A stretch of DNA of 64,000 nt from Callorhinchus milii (Eukaryota), in contig NW_024704743.1 in the NCBI RefSeq assembly GCF_018977255.1, positions 81,346,001-81,410,000 on the forward strand, written 5' to 3'. The position numbers and the translations under genes are program-made. The notes below the pieces were generated by a model, which saw only the letters and a list, made by a program, of their open reading frames with translations, was not told the origin of the DNA and made no database searches. This document shows positions 49,475-63,720 of this stretch, piece by piece (position 1 is the stretch's first letter; each line of letters starts with the position of its first letter).

Positions 49475-52400
49475 GATATTGCTGATCAGCAAGCTTTCCC
49501 GCTGCTTGCTTCCAGCTTGGACTACCCTAACCATTAGGGCTTTGGCTTGCAGGATTAACAGGAGCTAAGTGGGATGACTCTCTGCCCCAGTGACAGGTCT
49601 GCCCTTCCAGGTCCTGCTACGAGACAGGCTGACTGTGCTGTCATCAGCACTACGCTGGAATACAGTGGACCGACCTGACTCAGGAACCGGATTACCAAGA
49701 CCACCACAGACGGATGGCTCGATTCCAACATCTGTTGTCAGCCATGTCACCTTGGAGCCAGTTCAGCTCCAAGGAAGCCCCACTGACGACACGAAGATGG
49801 TGGCAATGCTCTCAGACATTTCATGCTGAGCTGTGTTGCCCACCAGGAATATCGCAGAGAGATCCTGGCACCTACCATTCACCTAGCAAGGGCTCAAGGA
49901 TTACGGCTTGTCGGACGTCAAATGACGACTATCTTCCGGGGGGGGGGGGGGTTGGCAGGTAAGTGGGGTCTCCTTGGAGCTGAAAATGTTTCCAAGGTGA
50001 CATGTTTGGCAACAAAATGTCAGAACTGAGCCCACCCTCAGTGGTCTCGGTAGTCCAGTTCCTGAGCCATGCCATGCCGATCCGCAGTATTCTAGGGCAC
50101 TGCTTATGACAGCACATCCAGTTTGGCTCATCAGCAAGACTTTGAAAGACAGACCAGTCACTTGGGGCAGGACTCTTTGCACTCAACTCCCACTAACCCC
50201 GCAAGCCAAAGCCCTAACAGGTGTGGTGGTCCTAGCTGGACAAGCAGCAAGAAAGCTTTCCCCTTCAGTGCTATCTACGGCAAGCTATGCACTTTTAGCT
50301 GGTTGGACTCCAGCAGTGCCCCATTGCACACTCCGGGGTCCCTAAGCCTTGGCAGTTGCCAATCCAAGCCTAATACTTTCTGGAATTAGGCAACCAGAAT
50401 GCGTCCCTCCAGGAAGCGGATGTGCGTTCCATTCCAATAAACATTTCTGGGATAGCCTCTTATCACATCATCAAAACATCTCAAGCACTTTACAGGATTT
50501 ACTGTAGTGTGTAATGATATATTTTGTAGGCAAACTTGACAGCCAATTTTAGTCATATTAATGTCCCACAACAGCCATGATGTGAATGACCATTTTTATT
50601 CTGGAGGATTATTGGCCAGGACACTGGGAGTAACTCATTTCTGTTTTTGATTATGCCAAGTGATATTTTATGTCCACCAGAGAAAGCAGACAAAACCTTG
50701 AGTCAACCCTCTGTGGGAGTCTTGGTAATCCAATTTCTGAACCAGGTGCATAAACAGTATTCCAAGGCACTACGAATGACACAACAGTATCAAGTTGGCA
50801 GGACTTGAAAGGACAGACCAGTCCCTGGGAACAGGGATACTTCCCACTCAGCTCCCATTAACCCTGCAAGCCAAATCTTTAATGGGAGGGTGATTTTTGC
50901 TGGTTGAATACAGCAGTAACCCAATGCACACTGTGGTGCCAAGACTTGCCTTTTGTCAACCTGCACTTAATATTCTCTGAAATTAGGTGAGCAGAGTTCA
51001 TCCCTACAAGAAAAAAGAATATGCACTCTAATCCAGAATCAGGATGGGAGACAGGAAACTGTCTTAGCTGGCATACATGTGTGTAACTTGCCTGCCTCAG
51101 CAAAACCAAAATCCGTGGGTTCACTCAATTCCAATGTGCCACAGGCAAGCACATCACATTGCAGCCAGCTGTTCCAAATAGACTCCTCTTATCGCGCATT
51201 CGTGAATATTTCATGTGCCGTTATCTTTAGAAGCAAGCACCATGGACTTCCAATATAGTTTGAGCTATTTGTCCAACTTTAAGAAACATATAAATTCCTT
51301 ACAAATATATGCATGCTGTGGGCACCTGATATTTTTTCAATAAAGCTTCCCCTGAGATTTTATAACCACATTTATGAAAACTCTTGACATAATTTAACAC
51401 ATCTGTATTTTACTTTGTATAAACACATGCATTCCATCTGTATATTTTGAAAATTCTTAAGATGGAATGCACTGGGCTTCACACTTTCAATCAAAGGAAG
51501 ATTTTCTCTTTGCATAATGGATCACATATTGATTTTTATTAAAAACTCTCCATACAGCCAGTATCCACTATAAATTTTGTTAAAGAAAATATGATAATCT
51601 TTTGCCTTATTTTTGTCTCCAGATACCACTGGTTTCAAGCATACCTTCATCTTCAGCATTTGTCTGGTTCTCCCTATGACTACTGTTAATGCTAATTAAA
51701 TTGGACAACCAGATGTGCGAGGAGGGTGGATTGGGGAAAGGTGTATTAGCCCCATTAGTTTTATCTTTTGTGTGAGTTGGAAAACACTTAATGCACAGTC
51801 ACTCAACGGAGGGCTAGGAAACCTTATTCCTGGGATGGGAAAAAAATGCCATGAAAAGAGAGCTGATTCTGTACTTATTTCAAAGATGTACTTGACCATT
51901 AGATTAGACTGGTATACGTTTCAAAATCTTAATGGCTCACTTGTTTTATTTCAAACTCATCTCAAGTGCTGTAAAGCAGGAAACATAAATCAAGTTTCCC
52001 GCTCCACATTGGCTTACTTCTGGGAGAAAACTAACTTTGGTCTTGGCACCCAGTCAAAAGAGTATCATACTTGTGCATAATTTTGGTGTCAGGTTTGATC
52101 CACAGCTGTCCTTCCTATCCCACATCTAGTCCCTGGCCACGACCACTTTCCTCCACTTCCGTTACATTGCCCACCTCTGACCATATTTCACACCCAATGC
52201 AGGCCAAACCCTGATTCATGCTTTCATCACCTCCCACCTCGATTATTCCAATTAATTCAAAACTATACCTGCACCAAACTACATACCCTCATCCCCCAGC
52301 CCTTGCTAGGCTACACAGGCTCCTGTTACTAACGGATCGACCAAGTTCCTTGCACCCATTTATAACTACTTCATGCCCTGGCACCTTCTTACCTTTCTGA

Positions 52401-53454
52401 CCTGCCTACTCCCCATTCCACTACCCTCTGCTTCCACTCTGCTGGCTCTAATCTCCTTGTTCTCTCTGCTCCACTATTGGCAGCCGTGCTTTGAGACACT
52501 ATGCCCCGAAACGTAATATATGTAAACAGTTTAAAATGTTGGCTGGAACCACCTATTCTGCACCCAAAGCTTTAGATGAAGATTGATAGTTAACTCAATG
52601 GGGCCTAACTCGGTCCAAATGAGAAATTCCCCAAGTATAGGCCATGAATAAGCCAGATGTGGGAGGGAGATCGGCTGATCCCCCTCCTACCACTGTATCC
52701 CAAAATCAACCTCTGTGAAGCTGGGCAGTTCACTCAACTTCCAGCTGGCAGCTGCTGCCTTCAACTACCAGCCATGGTGTCGTGAGGGCAGGTCAGCAGC
52801 ACAAAGCCAAACAATTTAATCAGTTACATCCTTAGGAAGTGTCTAAATGTAAAACACTTTAAAAGGTAACACTATGTAATCATAAATTTAGATGTTAAAA
52901 CTGAACTCCCTAACTCGGCCAACTGTCCTTAGAACAAGATCCAAAATAATTAAGACGGATGTAAAAATATAAGCCTGTTGCAAAATATGGTTTTGAGAAA
53001 AATGTTTTTTGAAATGCATAATTTGTTCCAGTTTGATATTATGAAAGACTTGCTTAACTCCAGTAGCTCAAGACATAGCCCCATGAGAGTTGGAATCTTG
53101 CCTGTTAATCTCAGCTCGTTTCTGATACTGAACCTAAATTACCTATATTGGGTATGTTTTACTGAATTTGACCTGAATCAATACTCTAGATGAAATGACT
53201 CATGATTAGCACAGTGCTACACCTCAGGGAAAGATAAATATGAATTTCTGTCTCCTCTTCCATGAAAACGATACCTTCTGCCAACCAATATGGCATGGCA
53301 CTGAGAATAGATGTGGAGTCTTCTGGAGCTCCACTGAAAGAAGGCTGTGCAAGTGTGAAGAAAGCAGAGACAAATACTTCATTGGCACCCAAGCTGCGGG
53401 TACCAACCAATGGGCTTTGGAATGTCCTCCTTTGGATGAGGGGGGAAAGATGTC

Positions 53455-54170
53455 CAGAAGTGAGGTTAAAGAGGAAGGTCTTAAAGTGGACTTTGACAGA
53501 GGTGAGGGAAGGGATGAGTCAAAGAGACTTTGGATGGAGTTCCTGAGAGTGGTCTGGTAGGTGGGGTGCAGGATGTGAAGCAGGCCAGTGCCCACTGAGT
53601 GGAGTTAGCAGCTGGGTTGGAAAGGTTTGAGGAGGTTGCAGAATTAGGGCAGGGCAAGACTATGGAGGGATTTAAAGATTAGGACGAGGATCTTGAAATC
53701 CATCTACAGGAAAATGGGGAGTCAGTGGAGTTGGGCGAGGATGGGGGTAATAGGCTCACGGAATCTAGGTGCGGGAAAGGACACAAACTGCAGATTTCTG
53801 GATGGTATCTGGCAAGCGGAGAGTTGGTGTTGTCTAGCCTGGAGTGTAATGAAAACATGGATAAGGATCTTGGTCGCCTGAAGAGAGATGTAGTTGCCGA
53901 GGTGGACCATTTTATGTAAGTGGTAAAAAGCTGAGCGGATTTCATATAGAGCATAGATAGTTTGGGACATATGTGCATTCGACCGCAAGGAAGGTGGAAG
54001 GCGAACTACATGGACCTTGGTCTTTTTTCGTCTTGCATTTCCTATGTTCTTATGGATCAGAGCATGAATGCGAGGTTTAAAAGATTGTTGCGAATCGATC
54101 AAAACACTGAGGTTTCCCACAGACTCCACAAAGTGCATCCAAGTAGTTAGATGCTGTCAGTGCCTGAAGT
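53455..54170 (-). mobile_element. Old L2 3' fragment
   Basis: ATKILIHVFIT and PRFREPITPILAQLH on the minus strand. Confidence 0.65.
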
Positions 54171-54517
54171 TCCAGCTGTTCTTTCATTTTAATATTAAAG
54201 TAATTTGCCTCATGTAAAATACAGACAACTAATTGTTTTTATGCTGTACAGAACTTTGCGTCGCATATTAGTGTTTGTAACTCACCGACAATACAGAACA
54301 TGGAAAAGTAAATCCTGCTTCTAATAGCAGGAGCAAGTCAAGTTTAAAGATCGCCTGAAACAGTGAGCATAGCTGTAGCAAGGTTTTAAGATGATGCCAA
54401 ATCAGTTTTAAATGACATTAGGTAGTAACAACATTGCAAACACAAAGGACCAGTTTAAAAGTTGTGTAATTTTTAGAAGAGGCTGGATAGATTTTTTTTA
54501 AAATAAACTATTAGTCC

Positions 54518-54843
54518 GTGGAGTCCTGTAGCTCAGTGGTTAGAGCACTCGCTTTGCAAGTGAGAGACCTGAGTTCAATTCCAGGCAGGGCGAAACCTTG
54601 GGCAAGTTTCCTTACTCCACACGCCTAATAATAATCCCTCCAAAACAAAAACAATAATAAATTGGTCATTTTCAATCTACGACTGTTTGTGGGACATTGC
54701 TGTGCGCAATTGGCTGCCGCGTTCGCCCACAAATATACAGTCAATTCACTTTACAGTCTATTCTGTGAAGCGCTTTGGGACGTCCTCCCGACGTGAAAAG
54801 CGCTATATCAAATGCAAGGATTATTATTATTATTATTATTATT
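54518..54843 (+). mobile_element. tRNA-derived SINE (short subfamily, young)
   Basis: Intact A and B boxes; long (ATT)n tail. Confidence 0.92.
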
Positions 54844-55077
54844 CTGAAGATCGTTTTGTGAATTAAAGGAGATTGGAAAACATTTTCTTTATACACACGA
54901 TGAATAGAAAGTGGAATTCTCTTATCACAAATTTGTTGAAGCAGAGTCCCCAAATTCTTTTAAGAGAATCAGACCTATGCTCGAAGACGAGAAATAATAA
55001 AGGGCAAGAGCAGGAATGTGGGATTAGGTTAGGTAACTCTTAGGGAGAAAAACACCAGTGCAGACGTGATGGGCTAA

Positions 55078-55218
55078 ATAATAATAAAAATAATAATAAT
55101 CCATGCATTTGATATAGCACTTTTCACATCTTCTAGACGTCTCAAAGCGCTTCACAGAATATGCTGTAAAGTGAAGTGACTGTATATTTGTGGGCGAAAC
55201 GCGACAGCCAATTGCGCA
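55078..55218 (-). mobile_element. SINE 3' fragment inserted in a CR1 tail
   Basis: Reverse SINE tail between gatgggcta and ggtttctgc. Confidence 0.75.
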
Positions 55219-55858
55219 TGGTTTCTGCTTTGCAACATTCTATGATTCTACATGATGCCGACAGTCTAAATAATCACAAACCTCTGCTGTCAGATTGTAA
55301 TTGTTGATGCCCCAAATTAAGTCACTTCATGCAAGGATTATTATTATTTACTCTGGTGAACATGACGACAAATATTGATGGTTCCGAAACCAATGGAACA
55401 ATCCTGAGTATCTATCTCTGCACCAAAATCTCATGCATATTATACTTTAGTGCTGCTGCTTTCTATATTGCAGCTCTAAAAGGCACACTGCAGTCAATTG
55501 TCCCACCAGTTTTAAAGAGAAATGACTTAATTGGAACAAGCTCTGACAGGCATTGAGAGCGGGAAGCAATTTAATATAAGGGTTTGGAAAAATAGTTGCT
55601 AGTGAATAAGAATTCCTGAGACAAAATTACAGGAATGATGGGCAAATTGACTTTTTTAAAAAAAACTTAAGCATAAAATAGTGAGATATAATTCATTTCT
55701 GAAATGGCTCTTCATGCTGACACAAAACTCTTTCCATCACGCCATTTCTTTAAATCTGATTGTCTGTAATGCAGCCTACCAGACACCATGAATTATTTGG
55801 TTTGAATCCCGAGCCAAATTGTAGTACCCCCAACTACTGCCTTGTCTGAGACCAGCTA

Positions 55859-56299
55859 ACTCAACACAGACCAGAGATTCAATCCTGTGACTGTTTTGGT
55901 GTGTGTAGCACAGTGGTATAGGTCACTCAGGGAACTTTTAACAATTTTCCCCATTGCAGCACACAAATAAATGACAGAAACAGCAATCATATGGTCACAA
56001 ATCACATTAATCTGAAATGTATCATTACTTTGTTCCCAATTCCACTATTAACAAGATCCAAATGATTCAAAACACTGCTGCCCATGTCCTCATCTGTACC
56101 ATTCTCCGCAACTTTTTTTTATTTGATAATGATCTTACGTTCCTGCCCTCTGGTACTGAATTCTACAAATCAGCTTCCCACCAGGCAGTTGTAATATTTC
56201 ATTGAAATATTTCCCTGAAAAAGTTCCCTGAGTGACCTATACCACTGTGCTACACACACCAAAAAAGTCACAGGATTGAATCTTTGGTCTGTGTTGAGT
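55859..56299. repeat. Inverted duplication: 55859-55939 and 56219-56299
   Basis: 81-bp arms with 2 mismatches; 279-bp spacer. Confidence 0.92.
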
Positions 56300-58855
56300 G
56301 TGTGTCATTTTACACCATTTGAACTTTTCCTACCATCTATTCTTTCCTTTGCAGAACAAGTCTTATTTTGGATTCCACTTCAACAGATTTAATCAGGAGC
56401 CAAATATTTTGTATTGTATGAGCAGATTTAAAAAATAATCCTCCCCCTCCCCGTTATGACTCATGTATTTCATGATGTGACATTTAGCAATCTTTTTCAC
56501 AAATGCAATGCCAATGCATATCGTAAAAAAAAACTTAGGCTTGTTGCTCTTGAATAAAAGCACTATCTAAAGGAACAAGGCTAGCATTCCATTGAACGCA
56601 ATCCAGTTTCAGTTTAGCAGCTTTTTGTTATTACTCGTTTTTACAACATGTAAGAAAAGTGCAATTTATTTCAAAAATGTCCCCCCAAATTTATAATAAG
56701 TAGCATACATAGCAAAACAAACTGGAGCTGGGAACTGAAGAGTGGCTTGTGCCGACGTGACAAGCAGATAACTTTAAGGTCCTTGTGAACAATTTTCATA
56801 GGCATGTAATGAACATTGTAATCAAACATCTGGCCAGCACAGTGCAACCTCTAATCTTGCCGGACATTGTGTTTAGTTTTTGTCTTTTAATTTTATATTA
56901 GACATTTTTGAGTGCTTAGAAAATTGTGGGTTTCGAGCAAGATTCATTACACTTCTAGGTGAGATTGTATTTTATTTGAATAAGTATCTTTAGGGTTTTC
57001 TATTGAACACCTGGTTACTTCTGAACGCGATGGAGTTGAACAATAAGACCACTGAATCAGCCTTTTTCGTAAATTCTAAGTTTGACAGGAGTCTAATTTT
57101 AATTTTAATGCTATGCAGGAAAACCTAATGCAATACAATCATATGTATAGGAGGAAATAAATACTTCTGTTCTGAGATTGAGAACTGAGAAATTAATTTT
57201 ATACAATTGACTATAGCAATACGGACAAATACAATGAGGTTAGTAACTCACTGTTTTGGAATAGAGGACAGAAATAATTCTGCTGTATGTGCAACGATAT
57301 CATGCGAACTATATGTGCTATTAATAAATAAGTAGTTCAGCTTTTAAGGAATCTTAAGGCAAGAGATGAAAGTTCATTGCTTTTTTCCAAATTTTCTCCT
57401 GCAAAGGAAAAAATGTACGGTGGAAAAAGTTCTCCAACTTTTGAGTAGGTTCAGCAGCAACTAACCAATTTTTTGGGGGGGTGGGGGAAGGCAACTGACT
57501 GTCTGATACATGTGGAAACCAATCACTATAGTAAGAGCATCCAACCAAGACAGAGTTCCACATTCATAGGGCTTTGGTTTGCAGATTAATGGAGCTGAAT
57601 GGGAAGAGTCTCTTCTCTCAGTGACTGGTCTGCCCCTCTAAGACTTGCTGATGATGCAGGCTGGCTGGTCTGTCAACAGCAGTGCCCTGGAGTACTGTGG
57701 ACCCTGTCTGGCTCAGGAACTGGACTACCAAGACTGCCACAGAGGATTAACTCAAATCCGGCATTCTGTTGTCAAGTATATCATCTTGAAGTCAGCTCAG
57801 CCCTAAGAAGACCTCACTTACTTCCTCCCAAAACTGTTGGTCAATTAATTTATGTTATCTGCAACGCTATAAAAGTTATCTTGCAGGTGTTTTGCCCACA
57901 AAATATACGGTCAATTCACTTTACAGTCTATTCTGTGAAGCGCTTTGAGACGTCGAGAAAACATGAAAAGCGCTATATCAAATGCAAGGATTATTATTAT
58001 TATTATTTGTCTTGAGGCATTTCATGTATAACATTGGACATAATTAATGCTGCAGGACATTGTTAGACAATAACAAATGCAATAAAACAATAATGTTTGG
58101 CCACTGCAGAAGCAGCAGCTCGGAATTAAGTTTAAATTAAGATCCCCGATTTCACATTATTTTATGATACACTGTCTAAAAATCCTAACAGTTAGTACGA
58201 TATGGTTCATTAGTTCTCCAGTTTCCTGTCTCCCAGCCCTCCCTGGTAAAAGTAAATAAATATTTCAACAATACGGTGCCAGCTAATAAATTAGTATTAA
58301 ATTCACAATCGCAAATAGATGGGTCCCCATGGACCTACAGTACTGTACTGAATGGCATATTCTGCACATCTTCACATCTTGTAGCTATAATTCAGACACA
58401 TTCATTTCCAGATGTTTCCTTTGGTTGTGAAATAAAAGGATGTTTGCATTTGCCAAAGCTAAACTCACACAACCTTTAATACTATAGGAATATCAGATTC
58501 TGGAATTGGATTTTACAGGGGAAAGCAATTTCTTTTTCTTTATGAAAAGGCTGTATCAGGAACACAGCTGTCAAATCTGATTTATTTGAAAAGCTGAAGG
58601 TGAAAAGCTGATTATTAGCAGAGCAGTAAATCATTCCCCTTTATGACTCAGTGAGGAAGAAGTATAAACACAGCAACCTCCAGTGCAACACTAAAGTCAG
58701 TACTCAGAAACACAAAATCCGGTTATTCAACACAGAATGTTATTGTTCTGAGGCAAATCCAGGGTAAAGCCCAAGTGAAAGTCAATATTTAAAAGCAGTG
58801 AAACATGCAGTTTTGTAGAGTAATACAATCTACTGAAAGGATCTGTCCTACTTAC

Positions 58856-58977
58856 GGTGTCCACAGTCTCGGAAAAGCATTAACCTCCTCTTGAGTGTAC
58901 TCATTCAACTTTTTCGGCACTTGGCGAGGCTGTGAAAGTTCTTCTACCAGATTCTTAAGAATTTCATCTGGAATTAC
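58856..58977 (-). CDS. MRPL13: MRPL13 penultimate exon ([41 protein letters not shown]); earlier exons not found in window
   Basis: Minus strand cattag|GTA...ACA CC|gtaag; 122 bp; strong match to uL13m C-terminus [40 protein letters not shown]. Confidence 0.96.
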
Positions 58978-59469
58978 CTAATGAATAGAAATATATACAA
59001 TCAGACTATGTTGATTTGCTGACACGTTATGTCAGATCTGTTCATGTTTTAAAATACTTCAATACACATTACACTGCTGACATTCTTCCAGGCAGTCAAG
59101 GATTAAAAACTCGGCCACTGAGAGACACTGACTGATTTTGTTTCCTCAATTTAAATGACATAAATAAACAGTGAATGGTGAAATAACTAGTAAGCAGCTT
59201 TATCCCCTGGTGGATCCACCAATTACAAGTGGACATAACATTAAAATTAGGATTGAATCAAGAAAAAATTCTTCTCACATTTACTTTGAATATCAAAACC
59301 AGAGTCTGGGCTCAATATATGAAATAAGTATCTATCCATGCCTTTATCCCAATCTACCCCGTGATTCACTCCAGTCCCATTTGCTGGATGAAGTGTCAGT
59401 TGAGGGATTTAAGAAAAAAATGGATAGATACTGAGGGAAGTAAAACACATAAAAGGATATAGATATCCT

Positions 59470-60105
59470 CTTCAATATCTATATGCTTCCTCATCCACAG
59501 ACATGGGGTCAAGTTCCACATGTATGTGGATGACACCCAATTGTACCTCTCTGCCTCCACTATTGACTCCAGGACCACTGCTGTGCTGACAGAATGTCTG
59601 TCAGACATCAAGTCCTGGATGAGAGCTAACTTTCTTCAGTTGAACGTCAACAAGACCGAGGCTCACCTGATTGGCTCCCATCAGCGCCTCCTCACCTCAG
59701 GCGCAGACAGCATCACCATCCATGGTTGCCCATTCCACCTCACTGAGCCAGTCTGGAACCTTGGGGTCTTATTTGACCCTCAACTGTCCTTTCTACCCCA
59801 CATCTGTGCCATGACCCACTCTGCCTTCCCGCACCTCTGCAACATTGCCCGGCTCCGACCCTGTCGCAGGGCGCCAAAACCCTCAAACACGCTTCATTAC
59901 ATCGAGGCTCGATTATACAAACTCACTGCTTGTCGGCGTCCACAACTCCTTCCTCCACAGGCTCCAGATCATTCAGAACTCTGCAGCCCGTGTCCTCTCG
60001 CACACTAGGCTCCGCGACCCTATCACCCCCATTCTTGCCCAACCCCACTGGCTTCCCTTCACACAGGGGATACAGTTCAAGATCCTGGTCCTCATCTTCA
60101 AAACA
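59470..60105 (+). mobile_element. L2 RT fragment
   Basis: MYVDDTQLYLS, WMRANFLQLNVNKTE, ITSRLDYTNSLL, IQNSAARVL. Confidence 0.88.
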
Positions 60106-62608
60106 GGGATTCTTCCCACTTGATTTTCAATAACTATGCAATCCAAAGCCTAAGGAATCGATGATCCTAACTGGACAAACAGTAGGAAGCTTGCCATAGC
60201 GCTCTCAATGGCAAGCGATTCGGTTTTAGTTGGTTATGGATTTCATGCCACATAGCACTTCTTTTGCTGTTTTCCTGACTGAGGCTTTTTCAAACCCATT
60301 CTTTTGACTCCAGAGCTCCATTTCTGGGACAAAAGAATAGAGTCTTGTAAAAAACAGTTATGGCTTTAATATTGTAAGTGTCAGAGGCCATATTATAGCC
60401 GATATCCAAATAGAACTCAGCGTAAGTGAGCCCAAAATTATAACAGTAAAACTTTTGTTGAAATGAAAGTGATTTGTTTTCGCATAGGGGACTGCATGCA
60501 GTGTAGAACAACATGCATTAGCTCTGCTCAAGTAATCTCTCATTTATTTTGGAAGGTGCCCAAAAAGATAGATAAAACAGGCTTCTACTACTGCCTTGAT
60601 CAAAGTAGTAAAAAAATGCACAAATGAACAAACTTAATTACAAGTTAATTACAAATTAATATAATAATTTATTGTCTGGTTTTCTCTCCTCCTCTCAAGG
60701 TAGCTATATGAGCTAGGATGTACAATAAACATGGGCAAAATTGACTGCCAGTCACAGGTACAACTGATGCACACCAGATGTATGGGCTAAGATTGTTCTG
60801 TGCAATCCAGTTTCATTCAGCAGCACACTTACTGTGAATTTTGATGCCAGATTCTTGTAATTTTTGCCTTTTGTGCTTCTGAGATAGAAGTGTTTCCGTA
60901 TACTGGTTCTATTTTATTTTTTCATCCTCCATAATCTAGAATGTTCTTACTACATCATCTGGACTAATCTGTCGGGTTGATAACTGCTTTCTTTCATGTA
61001 AACTCAATACTGAATTTTATATGTCCTTGCCGCTTCAAAAAGGCATAGATTGAAATACAGAACATCAGTTGTTAATAATAATACTTGCATTTTGATATGG
61101 TGCCTTAAAGCACTTCACAACATTTACTGTAATGTGCAGCGATTATATTTGTCGCAGTCAATTTTGCACAGAGCAAAGATCCACCAACAGTCACTAAGTG
61201 AATGAGCAATTTTATCTGGGGGATTGCTGATCACGACATGGAAGAAACTCCCTTCTATTCCCAAGTAGTGCCATGGGATCCTTAGTGGCCATCTGAACAG
61301 ACAGACTTTTCTTACACTATATCAGCAGCTACATTTAATTAAAAAAAGAATGGATATTATACAAACAGTTACAAACAAAACACCAGAAACAGAAAACATT
61401 GAATCTGATATCAGCACTAAACTAGGAAGCAACAAACTGTATTGAAGGGTTTAATTTACTCTATGAAGGTAGAACAGAACTTCAGAAACATCAGTTCTAA
61501 TACAGTTAAAAAAAAGGCTTTCTTTTCCTTCAATCATGTAACATGATTCCCACCCATTGATAAATGCTGTCTGAGTTCCAGTAGAGTGGTTCTACTAACC
61601 ACTCATCATCTTACAAAACTGAACTGGTTTACTGGCAAATGTCCTTGGCTGTGTATCATTCACCTTCCGATATCTCTCTTCTCCTGTATAAGGATGTAAT
61701 GTTCTGGAAGCCAGAACTTGTCTGCCAGTTGTCGTCTATTTAATATTGGATGTCTACCATAATTGTTACAACAATTTGCATTTATATAGCGCTGCTCAAA
61801 GCAGGGTAGTGTCCCAGAGAAAAGGAATTTTATTTGAAGGAATGTTCATTTTATGCTCATATTGCAAGATGTATTAACAATCACATGCTTAGACAAGCTG
61901 TACTAGAAATCAAACAAGGGCACCCATTATATATATGGTTATAAATGATGGAGTTTGTGATCTGACACACTCAGAAATTGAAAGCACAAATTAAGACCTG
62001 AAGCAGACATTTCGAAGGTAAACAACAACAAAACATCATCTTAAATCGTTGCTATTAGAAACAAGGCCTTTTCAACTTGCTAGGGCTTGCAAGTAATTTA
62101 CGGAGTTTACAGATCAAAAGGAAAGCAACATAACTAATTGTAACTGAGAAATCAGGGAATCTTTGTTCTTGTCAAAGAGATTACTTTTGATTCATCGTAT
62201 GTTTCTAGCAGCGTCTTTTCTTGAAGGAGGCAGGTCTTCTGTCTTTGAGGTCCTAAGTGCTTTTCATAACTTTTTAAATCCTTTGGATTGCTGCATGGAG
62301 ACTGGTGACTGAACAAGCTCCTACCTAACCGTTCATCTTTCACTTGCTCCCAATTGTGCAGTTGAATATTTTTTATTTTTATTTTCACTTTGGGCTTATC
62401 TTAGTGCAACATAACTGGAGAGGACTGATGTATATGAGTGAGCTCTAATGTTGGGAGGACAGAAACCTCAGAAAGCAAGGCTAGCTGCTAAGTTACATAG
62501 TGACAACACTTCTTAATTGACTCCATGTCTGTCCATAAATCAATTTTGAGCAAAAGAGACTGAACAAGTTAAAATAAAATTTTATATATCTACTGATACA
62601 CAATTTGA

Positions 62609-62930
62609 GGAGTCTTGTAGCTCAGTGGTTAGAGCACTCGCCTTGCAAGCGAGAGACCTGGGTTCAATTCCCGGCAGGGCGAACCTTGGACAAGTTTCCT
62701 TACTCCACACGCCTGATAATAATCCCTCAAGAAAAAAAATGTAATAAAATTGGTTACTTCAATCTACGACTGTTTGTGGGACACTGCTGTGCGCTACTGG
62801 CTGTTGTGTTTCGCCCACAAATATGCACTCAATTCACTTTACAGCATATTCTGTGAAGCTCTTTGAGACATCTAGAAAATGTGAAAAGTGCTATATCAAA
62901 TGCAATTATTATTATTATTACTACTACTAC
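62609..62930 (+). mobile_element. tRNA-derived SINE (short subfamily)
   Basis: Head folds as a tRNA-like cloverleaf with TGC loop; SINE body follows. Confidence 0.9.
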
Positions 62931-63381
62931 TGTGCACTAACAGCCTAACCAAAACTTGAAGGCAAATGAATCACAAATTAAAAAGTGCAGAATTTTAAAC
63001 TAGTCTTTTTCTGAATCTAATGTTCTGGCAGTGAGAACTGCTGTCTTCTGTACCGGTTTTCTTCTATTTGAAATTACGTGTCCACCACAATTTGTATTTA
63101 AGGAATATTCAGTGTCAGCTCATTGAGATTCATTGAGCTGGTACTGCTTTAAATCAAGGCTCATTTTACTAACTGATCAAAGATCAGCTTACATTTGCCA
63201 CATCCACACTATAAGTCTGCTTCCACTCATTGCAACCATTTGTTGCTCATGACAGTGAATGTAAATATTAAGGAGCCTTTCATAACTATGCCTGGTGTGA
63301 GAAATAGAAATGTCACATTGGTGCTCTTTTCTAAGAGGTTTCTCGTCTGGATTGTGTTTTTTTAGCACACCTTGGGCTTCA

Positions 63382-63720
63382 TCCTGTAGCTCAGTGATTA
63401 GAGCACTTGCCTTGCAAGTGAGAGGTTTGGGTTCAATTCCAAGCAGGGCGAAATGTTGGGCAAGTTTCCTTACTCCACACTCCTCTGTTTACCTAGCACT
63501 AAGTAGTTGTTAGTCGATTGGCGGATCACTTTTCCGGCGGTAATAATTCCTTAAAAAAAACATTTGGTCACTGAATCCACGACTGTTTGTGAAACACTGC
63601 TGTGCGCAATTGGCTGCCTCATCTCGCCCATAAAATATACAGTATATTCTCTAAAGTGCTTTGAGGCGTCTCAAAGATGTGGTAAGGCGCTACATCAAAT
63701 GCAAGGATTATTATTATTAT
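63382..63720 (+). mobile_element. tRNA-derived SINE (long subfamily)
   Basis: Head, internal segment and (ATT)n tail. Confidence 0.88.

Noticed and set aside
62612..62682. tRNA-Ala(UGC)-like cloverleaf (also at 54520, 37475 and 11230)
   Set aside because: Always followed by the same SINE body and tail, with an imperfect acceptor stem; a SINE head rather than a tRNA gene.
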